In this document: positions 8,853 through 19,459 of the stretch, one piece after another
Layout: each line of letters opens with the position of its first letter
How positions within the stretch are numbered: position 1 is the first letter of the stretch
DNA from: Lenisia limosa
Taxonomy: Eukaryota > Protista > Breviatea
Assembly (NCBI GenBank): GCA_001655205.1
Contig: LPNZ01006843.1
Coordinates: 1 to 19,459, forward strand
DNA: 19,459 bases
Direction: 5' to 3'
Made by a program: the position numbers and the translations under genes
Notes under the pieces: model-generated
Databases searched by the model: none
What the model saw: the letters and a program-made list of their open reading frames with translations, nothing else
Told to the model about the DNA's origin: nothing

Positions 8853-11380
8853 CCTTAATATGCGTTTCCTTATTGGTCCTCCCACCTCCGAGCCAGATAA
8901 TGGGTACTTTATAACCTCAAGCGGAGGATCCGTTAGCTGCGTAAATCGAGGGGCTGCGAAGTAAATAAGAATGTCATGCGCCATATGTTTATGAAATCGA
9001 CCAAGGAGCCCAGCCGACCGAGGTTCGGAATGGACCGTCAGATTGTTCCACTTTTTGGGACATCCTGGCAAGTTGCAACCACTGATGTGATAACCGAATC
9101 TTTCAGTTGCACGCTGGCGCGCAACTGTCGCGTCAGAACAGCAATATTAATCAACAAGGGGATAGACCTGACCAAACAAGACCCAATCTTTCGTCCACTG
9201 TTGAGCCTTCATATCCAGACGGGTTGCTGGTTTTGCCTCAGCCATAGCCATGCTGTCTTTTCGGATGCTTGCTGCGGCAGGTGCTCTTATAGTCTTTACT
9301 GTGTTGGGTAAGTACTCAGCTAATAAGTTTCTCAATTCGATTGACGAAGTTCAGATCGTTCTGCAGCCATATTTTCGATATCGTTTGGTAAAGGTAGGAC
9401 GGATTCACCTGAAATTGTAACTCAAAAACATGTGAAGTACAGTAATACCACATACCACTACCCACTCTCAGTTGAAGCCCTATTCGGACCGTTCTCTGAA
9501 GAAGGTCGCAATGTGCTGCTTATCGAATCCTCTGAAGCAATGAAGGCTGAAATACAATGGGAAAAAGACTGCAAAATACCCCCCCCCCCACTGTGAACCG
9601 TTTCTGTAGTTTCTGAGGAAGATGTGGCGACGACCTAATGATTAGACCCGTTGGGTGTTTACAAACATTGACATTCAGGCGAGTTTAGCTTCAGCCGCAG
9701 CTCTTCGTCTCCTCTCACTGGAACGCTCGTTTCTGAGGTTGTTAAAAGTGTGTCGGTGGTTTCACCTCTCTTCTTCAAGCCTTTCATTTTCTTCTAGAAG
9801 CGCGGCTTTAAGAATCTAAAAACGTGAGACCTTGCAGAATTGGCCCACAACAGACAAGCATTGAAACAAACCTCATTTTGCCTTTTCGAGTCAGCAAATT
9901 TATCCTGTAGCCTGTTGTATTGGCCTCTCTCGTGTTCTAACGCGATAAAAGAAGGCCACTTAAAAGACGATGGATAAATATGAGAAAATTGGAACAACAA
10001 ATTTTATCCAGTCAAAGATGTGAATACCTAACATTGATTGACTGCAGTACCTCCACCTGATAGTTGAGCACACTGAAAAAGGAAGAATCGTGGCCATCTT
10101 CACACACCTGTTTTGCTAGTCAGACAAAGTGGTCCATTATATGCGATGCTGCGTCCCAATGGCTGCGGGGTGAGGACTTGTTGATATTGTAAAATTTTGT
10201 TGTATCACCATAAGAGTGATATAATAGACTGGAACCAACTTTCTGTTCGTCATGCAGCATTCGTGCTTATTCCTCTGCCAATTTCCACTAGGAAGAATTT
10301 TGTTCAACTTCTTCAATTTGAGCTTGGACAACTGCATCCTTTGCGGCCAATTCTATGTCGTAACAATAGAAACCATAAGGTCAAATAAGTTGAAGTCCCA
10401 TCAAAAAGATAGCGATGTCGCCGAAAGAACGATTATTAAGATAATCAATCATTAAATGGAAGAACTATCATGAAATATATATACTACAACGTAGCATTTT
10501 TCTCATCTTTGCTGAGTCTCTCCAGCTCACCTTCCGAGTCGTGTCTCCCATTGCATGTCCATATCTCTGACCTGCATTTCAAAACTCTACAATATCATTG
10601 TTTTAAGTCAATTTGGAAACAAAAGGCTACTGCTAACGGAGATCCCTTATCTCTATTCTCGCTTTCAGTCCCATTGGTCACCTCAATTTCATTCACCATT
10701 GTGTTGAGAGAGTGATACCATCATGCGCCCGCAAAGACCACTCCAGAAGGCTCACTAGCTCCTCTGACCATGCCCAAACCTCGTGGTTAGATCATACATA
10801 TGCTTCCAGAAGAGGATTTGAGTTGATAATGTTGTTTCCGGACGAGTAGAACGAAATACTGTCTTCAAACACAGTTAGATACACCACTCACTTGTCTTAT
10901 AGTTTCGTGAGTGATAATTGAAAGAGAGTCGCGCTGCCGCAAGAGGGCCTCAGATTGCGCCTTCAGATCCCTTCCAGAAAGTTCATCTTCTGGTTTACAA
11001 CAACAACATAATGCTGGGAATTGGCAGCAGCTACCCACAAACACAGGGTCAGCTTTGTGTTGCCAATACTGCAAGTTTGACTGCGTTGTTAGAACCTCAA
11101 CCAAAACAAAGGTCCAATGGACTCCCCATACTGCAAAAGAAGACGGTTGAATTGATGACAAGTTGAGGAGAGTCATGCTGGGGCCGTCATAGTCGTCCGG
11201 GCCTCGAGGCGTCACATATGCCTTTTCAACGGGAGGTGATGCGGGGCGGATGGAGAGTGGTACTCAGTGAGCTGGAAGAAAGGAAAGGAAGCTGGCTGTT
11301 GGAGGACTTGTTCGGGAACCTTGACGGCTTTGTTAACGGAATGTAAGTGCTGTTTATCGTGGTTCACGTTGTCATCTCAG
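8844..11380 (-). CDS. Multi-exon gene (or two genes, or a pseudogene) of unknown function with a coiled-coil segment
   Basis: Phase-consistent exons FIALEHERGQYNRLQDKFADSKRQNE|ILKAALLEENERLEEER|NERSSERRRRAAAEAKLA joined by introns 9816-9871 (56 nt) and 9733-9765 (33 nt). Further exon-like frames include KPEDELSGRDLKAQSEALLRQRDSL and KAQQWTKDWVLFGQ|LRASVQLKDSV. There is an in-frame TGA at 9677-9675. Both ends are uncertain. Confidence 0.5.
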
Positions 11381-11754
11381 CGTCATATGGAACTTAGCTA
11401 CTTTTGGTAGATTTCGTTTTTTTCTCAATTTAATACTAATATTATCTTAGTTAGAGTATAATAAAATCAAGATAGTGGAAGACTGGGAACTTGCGTCTCA
11501 AATATTAGATCAATTAGATCCTTTTAGTGAACTTTTCTCGTTTTTTCGACCTTTTGAGGCTTCTAATAACTTTAGTATTGACGTATAAAAGTATTTATAC
11601 TTTAGCTGGTGGTTCATTTGACCCGAGGCCCGGGGTGGCGGGAAAAATTTTCGTTCTTCTGTCGTGTCTATATATATTTAGATGATTTAGCTGGGTGGCA
11701 CAGGTCCCCCCCCCCTCCACCCCAACATTCCAGGGTTGTGTGGCGAGGAGCAAA

Positions 11755-14700
11755 ATGGCTCTCATGAGGCATGGTAAACAGGATGTCAGGCCAGAAGGAG
11801 TGTTCACGAAGTTCTATGACCATCTTATCACGTAAGCTTGTGTGATGTATGTGATGTATTTATGGATTGGTTATCAGAACATCTACTGATGCTTTAGTGA
11901 TGATGTTGAGAACCACATGCTTCAGTCAAGCTTCTATCGGGTGGGCAAATGAGTATTATTCTGCTAGTTTCCTTTTCCATCTCTGATTTTTTGACTTTTA
12001 GTGTGCATCCTCGAACCTTTGCTCCGGTGAGACGCTTCCATTGGCCTATCCAGCGACTAACAAACATGACATTTTCAAGATGAGGTTTGAAGAAAATGGA
12101 GGGTTCTTTTTTGACTGTGATGGTTTGCCTTATCTTGGCAGGACTGCTGAATTACCTAAGCATCCAAACCAAAAGAAGGTAATAGACACTCTTCAAAAAG
12201 TGAATGGGTCTATTTTCGAGGGTATGAATATACACGCTTTGAGAATCTGTTGAAATCTGATTCTCATCCTGTACTTTTTATAGAGTTAAAAATCAATATT
12301 ATTTGAGAAGATACGGATTCATTTTTTGATTATGAAATCCCTTGATCTGTCTTCAATTTATTGAGCAAATCACATTTATTGCCACTGTAATTTATTTTGT
12401 AGGACCTGAAAATCAAATTTTCTGAAGATGATATGACAACTATCAATGAGTTTTTACCTGTTATCATGCATTCATGTGAGATTTCTGGGAGAAAGAATAT
12501 CTCATTTACACATCTGTAGGTATGTTTTCTTTCCGAGGTTCTGGCCTTGTGTTTAAAGCGAATATCAAGTCTTCTCCTGGTGTCTTCAAATTCTGTTCCT
12601 CCGTATGCCTGGCTCTGCTCTTATACTTATGACACATACGCAGGAATAACTGATCACCTAGGACATTTCCCTGATATATTCCGTGAAGCAGTTTCTTGGG
12701 TTCCTGACCAAACGGGTGCACCACCCTGGGGCAAAAAACAGTTGGAGGGTTTTCCTTGAAATGAGATGCAATTTATTCTTCGCACAATTGACCGTAAATC
12801 AGTATTGAGATACTAATTTGTTAGTGAACGAACGAATTAATTGGCAAAGCCATCCCAATCTGTCTGGGAGTCTTGTGACAACTATCCGTTCAGTTGCTAA
12901 GTTTTTGGCTCATTTGACATTTAAAAGCTTCAAAACTCCACAATTGATAAACTACTTCAAGACTTGGCCGCTACCGTAAGACCTTTTCCTTTTATCACGT
13001 TGCAGCCCCCTAGGCTCCAAGCCTCAGATCGACGTTATCCAAACCCTGGCTAATCCCTTTATTAACTCGGTATTACAGAGGTGATGTTAACTGTCTAGCT
13101 CCGAGGGGATTTTCTTGTTATATGCAGCTTGTTTGTCAAAAACTTATTCGACCTCGACTCTGACCGTGCAAGTAAGGCTCATCAATACGGTTGGCTGAGG
13201 CTTTGGTTCGATTTATCCTTGAACATTTTTTTCTGGTATCGTGTGAAATATGATAAAAATAAATGTATCTAATACTATGATATGTATAGTATACTATATG
13301 ATACCCTGTAATACATGTTGTATATACTACCTCTAATCCTTGTAGGTATGCAGGGGAGGTAATATCATGCCATAATCCAATATCTCTTATAAGCGATGGC
13401 GTGGACGGCTTCGGCCAGATACATCCTTATTTATTTGTCATTGCTATATATGATGATATAAATATATGATATACTACTACCTAGTCTAAAGGTAACCTCG
13501 ACAGGTAATGCGACGGAAGATGAAATTGTTGGACTGTTCTCCCAGTTAATCATTGTTGTAATGTAAGTTTTAGGTGCTGAAAGGACAGTCTCACCATTCT
13601 AGGGAACCGCACAACATCAGAGTGGACTGGCAGTCTATTGTTGGTCAGGAACAAACCAAGGAGCTTTCAATGGTCCCTCTCATTGCGACTGTCTTTGACA
13701 TTTTCCCTGAGATTTTCAGTAGGCTGAGACTGCGATATCGTTCTCTTGCGTAATATAATTGTTCCAGGTGAAGGAAACTTGAACGCAGCGTATGAGGACG
13801 TTTGGACCATGACTGCGGCTCTTACACGCGCAACGCTCAGTGGCGTGGCGTCAGGGAGCGTTGTTAACCCCAACGAGTTTACGACCTTCACCAATTGCCT
13901 CCGAACCTTCATGATTGGTTGGCACAGCGAGGTTCTGCGTTCACATTCAGCCTTCCAAGATGAACATAGCGAGTTGTTGAGAGGAATGTGCATCATGAGT
14001 TCCATGCTGTTTGGCTCTCAATCTGCTAATATCGACTTCACCCACATTTTCTTGACAAAGGAAACTGCAACCCCACGCGATCTGATTTGGATTGCACAGG
14101 AAGCTATGTACTGTATTTGTCTGAAAAATTGGAGCTCAAAAGGGTCTAGTATCGTATATGTTGGCTGGGTGTTTTATATTTGTTGACAGTGTTGGAATAG
14201 CTTTTATTGGTTCAGATCGATTCTCAAGCCTCCGCCATTTGGGTTGAACAGTGGGATAAATTCAAACATTGTTGGAGGGTTAAGATGTGCTTGCTATACA
14301 TCTTTTAATTGGTACATTCACCGTGTAGTGGTTGCCGATGATCAGTTTTACAGCAAATTCACTCCAGTTTCTTTTAGAAATCAAACAAGTAGGGTCTCCT
14401 TCCGCGTTCCTTTTACTGTAGTAGAAGCGAAACAGTCAGTACACGCACATCTTGCATATCACTTCACTTCTGTGGGTGACTGTGATTGGCTTTTTTCAAA
14501 ACGTTACAACAGTCTCTTGTTATAATTATTACACTGGAAGATTATAATGTAGGGCCTTACCCCTGCCTTGAACTACACCAGTGATCTCAATGATAAGGAG
14601 TTGTTCCTCATTCTTACAAACCTCGGGTCAAAGCTTGGTTTGTCTTTTTTGTCAAGCTTATTCCTTTAATGAGTTAGTTCCATTTCAGTCAAAACTCTTG

Positions 14701-17316
14701 AAAATGAATCCGTTAAAGGATTGTATTGCCACCCTTGCCAACAACCCTCTTTTTGTCGTAGGTTCACCCTTGTCAGTAATATCGCCAGAACGCTTGTACC
14801 CATTCCATTACCAAGCTAATTGAAACAACCCTTGTCGCCTGCGAAAATGAGTACCTCACCAACCACATTGTTGCAGGTAACAGTTTGGACATTGCAGCAA
14901 CTGTGCGAGAGTTTCAGTTTATTCGCGAACCCCAAACACTCTCCGTAAGATCTCAGTGGTCATGACATTTCAGGTTGATCAAAACGTGGAAGTCTTTGTC
15001 CACTTCAGACGTAAGTTTGACCTTGATTCTTGCGTTATTTTGTTATGTTTGATGTGAGGTCTTATTATGGCTAGACTCTTGTGCTGTTTAAAATTAATTT
15101 GGAGATACTTAGGCGGAGCATTTGACAATTTCAGCTGACATGTACCAGCAGCACTCTGAATGTGCCGTTTCATTCAAAGACCATAGGTGAGCAATTACTA
15201 AACAATTCAAAAAGACTCATAGTAACATTATATAGGTCCGCGTTCCGTGAACTTCATGGCTGGCGTATCAACACTGAGGCGCTCAACCTTTATTTGCCTT
15301 CTGTGAGCGTTCACCACGAGTTTAAAGTCTCTCTTCATCGAATATTCGTTTTGCTTACCTAACCACTGTTTAGTTTGTCATCGCGGCATTGTGCAAAGTA
15401 TGGCAGTCAAACGGTGAGACTTGTCTTTCTTTCATGACTTTGTAGAGAATATTCCCGCATCAATCAATCGACAGAACCTTTCTACCACTATCATCATGGC
15501 GCTTCAGGTAACTTGGGTCCTGTGGTAATGAGCCTTGCTTATCTATGTAGACAATCTTTGACACTGCTCTTCCGTGCACTCTCCACACCCACACGGTTAT
15601 ACCACTGATCCGTGTTTACAGTGGGCCATTATTCTTTTCTGTTATTGTGAATCTTTTCAACATAAACTTGACAATACTTATTACCTTTCTTGTCTCTTAT
15701 GTTGTGACCTTCGTTTATCATTTAAAGGCTTGATTGAGAATTGAGTAATAGTTTAAGTTATTTCCTTCCTCCCTATGGTATCTTCTTCGGGATGCAACCC
15801 TTTTGATATTCATAGTGACACTCCCCCATCGTCGTATTGACTTGAACTACGCGTTAATTGCAATCTTGGCCGACCATCCAAGTGCTACTGTGGCTAAGGG
15901 CGTTGATACCGTCACTCACATTACTCATCTTCATCTCGAATGTTGGCTCCACTTTCTGTTTCAAAAATGCACAATTCGCAAACAGAAAAAGGAAAAACTC
16001 TTTTTTTATTATCTCAAAAGGGATTTCTGCTTTACTGTTTTCAGTGTTCTATCAAGGCCTAATTGGGCCAAATGTACAACAAGACACCAGGCCGCCTAGG
16101 TGGCTCAGTCATGATATGATTGTGGGTATACTTGCACGTATATATTTATAACTATATATCATATACATAATCAGTCAACCTTATAAAAATAGAATAGCTT
16201 GATACTTTGGACGGATTCGATGTTACGAACATTTCTAATTTAGGCCACTTTTGACATTTCAGGTGGTAAACGGATATTCAAAACATGGTGCCGATTTTGT
16301 TGCAAAAGGTTTCATTAAAGCTCTGAACGTGCTTGATACTGAAAGTCTGAGGGGTCTTCTTGTTGTGTTGCATCAAATCTTACCTGCAGGTGATGAGAGC
16401 CTCATGATTGTTCCGATGGTCCAAATGGTGTCGATGGTTACCGAGTGTACCTCGTCTAATTCCGCTATTCCATTTAAACTACTGAACGCTGTGAAATGGA
16501 AGATGTTCCCTGAGAACGTTATCGGTTTGATGAAGCCATGATGTGACATTTTTAGCAAGAAAGATGAATAAATCTTTGAACTATGAGCAATGGGCGTCTC
16601 TCTTCTGCGCCAATATTGTTTGCCTAGACTTTCTTTTGTCTCTTCCTCGATTCTCTGTTACCATTTCAGGAAAACCAAAACATTCCTCACTCTATCTTGG
16701 AGATCATGAAGCATATCAGAAGGGCTTTGTTCAGAGCCGTAATTGAACAGGTTAGTTTGTGGCTTTTCTTTCTTTTTTTGGACAAAAATTAATTTAACAG
16801 ATGAATACTGCAATCAAAAGAATAAACCCAGCCTTTGTTCCCTCGATTAGCTACTTGAGAAACCCTCTCTCCCTGCTTGTCAAAGAAGGAAAGAACCTAC
16901 TAATTATGTTGGAGGGGTGTACACCTTCAAGTAAATCAATCATATTCGATTTAGAAGTTTTATTGTAATAATTCCCCTGTTTAAACGTATTTATATTCTG
17001 TTGTTAATATATTTCATTTTCACCATATTGCCTGAAAATTTTGGATCATAATTCAAGTGTGCACTCTTGGTGAAGAAATGATCATTTCAGGGTATCGGCC
17101 GCAGCTCATGCCATGTGTCCTGAGCTCGATGACATTCGTCTCATTTCACCCCTGACAAAGAAGCCTTTCAACTCTCTTCCGGCAAAAAGAACTGTGAGTG
17201 GCCCTTCTAAAAGGGATGTTATAATTACTGCTCACATTAAAGCGTGATGTGTACGAACCTCCCATCCACTACCAACACTGCTCGATACCCTATTACGACA
17301 GCGGTGCCCCCGCCGA
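11755..17316 (+). CDS. Large intron-rich gene (possibly more than one gene) of unknown family, running into the gap at 17317
   Basis: Starts MALMRHGKQDVRPEGVFTKFYDHLIT|DDVENHMLQSSFYR|CASSNLC (introns 11832-11897, 11941-12001). Many further exons are joined by short GT-AG introns, for example 14945-14973 (29 nt), 15414-15445 (32 nt) and 16525-16555 (31 nt). A long exon at about 13770-14150 reads EGNLNAAYEDVWTMTAAL... and the last visible exon reads RDVYEPPIHYQHCSIPYYDSGAPA. Several junctions are ambiguous. Confidence 0.6.
13379..13428 (+). repeat. Dispersed copy 1 of an exon-derived sequence (reads MAWTASARY), inside an intron of the 11755 gene
   Basis: The core gatggcgtggacggcttcggcca (13395-13417) matches the reverse complement of 17434-17456 at 22 of 23 positions. 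The flanking aatatctcttat is also shared. Confidence 0.85.
15236..16310 (+). other. Ulp1/SENP (peptidase C48)-like domain, apparently lacking the canonical catalytic His and Cys
   Basis: Ordered motifs AFRELHGWRINTEALNLYL (compare L.P..WLNDEIINFYL), TIFDTALPCTL (compare IFNTFF..L), LLIFIVTLPH..LNYALIAI..VAKGVDT (compare IFIPI..NHWSL.VI..YYDS) and VVNGYSKHGADFV (compare QQNGYDCGVFV). Compared by eye only. Confidence 0.4.
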
Positions 17317-17395
17317 NNNNNNNNNNNNNNNNNNNNNNNNNNNNNNNNNNNNNNNNNNNNNNNNNNNNNNNNNNNNNNNNNNNNNNNNNNNNNNN
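17317..17395. other. Assembly gap (79 N)
   Basis: Run of N. Confidence 0.99.
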
Positions 17396-17422
17396 TTTGT
17401 TGCAGTAGAGATGAGACAAAAC

Positions 17423-17526
17423 AAGGTTGTACATGGCCGAAGCCGTCCACACCATCACGCTCATAAGAGATATTGTATTATAGTATAATAATAATATCAA
17501 TTAATTCACCCGATCATTTGCCTTAC
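17423..17526 (-). repeat. Dispersed copy 2 of the same exon-derived sequence (reads VMVWTASAMY), interrupted by a ~30-nt AT-rich insert
   Basis: tggccgaagccgtccacaccatc (17434-17456) and ttcacccgatcatttgccttac (17505-17526) both match the 19374-19443 copy. Confidence 0.85.
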
Positions 17527-17646
17527 AAATCTGTGTACACAGCTTTGTTGGTACGGTGTGTCATTGTATACCTGTATACCCATGGAATGGGGTTTTCGGT
17601 ATCATTTTAAAATGACTTTTTTTTCTTTTCTAGTAGTATAGCTATA

Positions 17647-17670
17647 TAATATATCATATATGATATATTA
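17647..17670. repeat. Perfect 24-nt AT-rich palindrome
   Basis: taatatatcatatatgatatatta is self-complementary and is flanked by ctagtagta (17630-17638) and tactactag (17669-17677). Confidence 0.85.
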
Positions 17671-19459
17671 CTACTAGTAAATATAGTTCAATTTTATTCA
17701 AAATGGGGTCGATGAAACAAACCTCGTATCTGTAACCTCTGGGTTGTGGTAATGGTTTAGTCTGATGGAGAGCCGCAGTACTCCAAAGAGCCACTGAATT
17801 CCAAAACCTCCAAGAAGAAAGCTGGTAAGCCGGTCTGCCCTTGTTCACCTTTCAGCACTCATCAAAATGAAGAAGCAAATCTCTATCCAAAAAGCGGCAT
17901 CAGTTGACAAAAGTGAGTTTTGCTGCTTTCCAATGTCATGCTCCTTTAGGTTGTGAAGATGAACCGGTCAAAAAGTGCGAAAAATGTGGAAAATCCCCTC
18001 CAAAACTGAAAATTTGCAGCAGATGCTTGTTGGGGAGGGGGTCATATGGCATTATGTTCTCTTTGTGAATGAAAACCATGAGGCTCATGTTATAGGAATA
18101 CAAGATACTGTTCAGCTGAGTGTCAGAAGAATGACTAAAGTGACTACAAACGTAAATGTAAAAAATCCTAGTTATGGTAATTCATTGGTAAAAAAGGTAT
18201 TCAAATGCATGGTGTCTAGATTCCATCAGCAAAAATCACATTATCAAATAGTTGGTCAATTCTCAGGTTGTTCCAAAAACGGGCACTCCAAAAGGGGTCG
18301 GTATTCGGGTTCGTTTTCTACTGAACAGCAATCTCTCAGAAATCTGAAATATCAAATTACATCAGTTCATAAAGGTCTACCTTTTTAATCCCTCCGTCAT
18401 TTCAGGAGGGAAGTTGGGAAGAGGGCAAACATGTTTCCTGACCCGACCAATATCCACACTAATTCAGTCATATGCTGGCCTGCAGTAAGCCTACTTATAT
18501 TGATCATTGAAGTGAAGGAATAGAGGAAGGGAGTCCTTGGCAATAGCGCCCTGAAAATTCAGTGATCTAGGCAGTAACCTACCTTTTCCTTGTCTTTGCT
18601 GTTGTCGCATAGCCAGACCGAATCAGCACGTGAAGCTATCTGAAGCGTAATATTGACATCGCACATTTATACCGATTCAAAGTTGTTTTGAGAAGCCTCA
18701 CTGATAGAACGAATCACTGCATGGGGTATATACCTGATGTCTGTTAAAAATTCAGAAGAGCACGGGTTATTGATTCAAACCCGCAACATTGTAATTGCTT
18801 GATTCAATTGTAATTACTTGTCCAGGATTGATTTATCTAACCTGTAGTTTTTTTGAGCTCTAGCGTCAGCACGAGCACATAACTTGTCAACAGGCACCCA
18901 TGGGTAAAAGACCCATGTTTCATAGCCTAGCTGGACAAATTAGCGAGTAACCAAATACCATCTATGATAGACAAGTTAATGTGAAAGCATAATTATATCC
19001 CTTTACCTCCTTCACATGTCTGATAATATAAGTACACCAGGAAATATTGGCTCCCGTAGCCTCCATAATCATGTTGTATTTCTGCCTTGCTAAAAATATG
19101 AATGTCTTAGTTAAGCTGCACAACGTATGTTGCTTCGAAAAAAGATGATTACTTTTCCCACCAGCCACTTCGAGCATCAGTTCCGAGAGGACATCAGCTG
19201 ACTTCCGACAAGTGGAGTAGAGCCTTTGAATGGCTGCAGTGATCTGCAAATTATAAAGGATGATATGAAGTATTTCGCTTTAGTCTAAAAAGACTAATGT
19301 ACCCAGATACTCCTTGTATTCCGTATCGGACTTGCTACTTCAAAAATTCCTCGATAATACATGGGAAATAGACCAAGGAAATCTGGCTGAAGCCGTCCAC
19401 ACCATCACACCAAAAAGATATTTCACCCAATCATTTGCCTTACGATCTATAGATATTTT
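17654..19459 (-). CDS. Multi-exon gene of unknown family; 5' end beyond the window
   Basis: Exons DRKANDWVKYLFGVMVWTASARFPWSISH|ITAAIQRLYSTCRKSADVLSELMLEV (intron 19244-19360), and IASRADSVWLCDNSKDKEK|GAIAKDSLPLFLHFNDQYK|KHVCPLPNFPPEMTEGLKR|FLRDCC with introns 18551-18582 (32 nt) and 18344-18380 (37 nt). Some junctions are unresolved and there is a possible in-frame TGA at 17970-17968. Confidence 0.55.
19374..19443 (-). repeat. Copy 3, the open-frame (probable source) copy of the dispersed sequence
   Basis: tggctgaagccgtccacaccatc (19384-19406) lies in an open exon that ends at a GT donor at 19360. Confidence 0.8.

Noticed and set aside
10798-10830. Myosin-like motif INSNPLLEAY on the minus strand
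   Set aside because: It is not followed by GNAKT/NSSRFGK and no P-loop is nearby, so it is probably chance.
11880-13030. Plus-strand gene as a heavily nonsense-mutated pseudogene (apparent stops near 11888, 12303, 12518, 12757, 13011)
   Set aside because: Alternative GT-AG junctions remove each stop while keeping phase, so an intact gene is the simpler model pending RNA-seq.
15075-15112. Cluster of three in-frame TAA/TAA/TAG codons suggesting RIP or recoding
   Set aside because: All three fall inside a plausible intron (15011-15134) that keeps the frame open.
17430-17460. Dispersed repeat read as copia integrase motif AEAVHT
   Set aside because: The preceding Trp and the following YLxNR-like motif are absent, and the opposite strand at 19361-19459 is an open, correctly spliced exon.
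1-19459. Non-standard genetic code (TAA/TAG = Gln or TGA = Trp) as the explanation for in-frame stops
   Set aside because: The modelled RNF32 and HAP2 exons need no stop reassignment. All Gln codons seen are CAR and all Trp codons are TGG. Most apparent stops fall in micro-introns.
1-19459. Treating the supplied ORFs as complete genes, or seeking prokaryotic features (operons, CRISPR, rRNA, tRNA)
   Set aside because: The ORFs are exon-plus-intron fragments or opposite-strand shadows. I saw no repeat-spacer array and no recognisable structural RNA gene.

Overview
Eukaryotic nuclear DNA from a draft assembly (three N gaps), densely packed with genes broken by very short GT-AG introns (many 29-40 nt), so the supplied ORF track shows only exon fragments and shadow ORFs. 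Manual splicing gives two recognisable genes arranged head-to-head. One is RNF32 (double RING with an IQ-like motif; minus strand, 807-3151). The other is a divergent HAP2/GCS1-type gamete fusogen (plus strand, 3653 to 7500 or 8029) with signal peptide, a very short cd/fusion loop, domain III, a TM helix and a basic tail. A decayed Ty1/copia-like gag fragment lies antisense in HAP2 intron 3. The right-hand 11 kb holds intron-rich genes I cannot assign to a family, including one region resembling a catalytically altered Ulp1/C48 protease, dispersed copies of one exon, and scattered in-frame stops of the C-to-T type. Family assignments rest on motif comparison with reference sequences recalled from memory, not on database searches. 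Splice models are manual and partly ambiguous. The host taxon cannot be determined.
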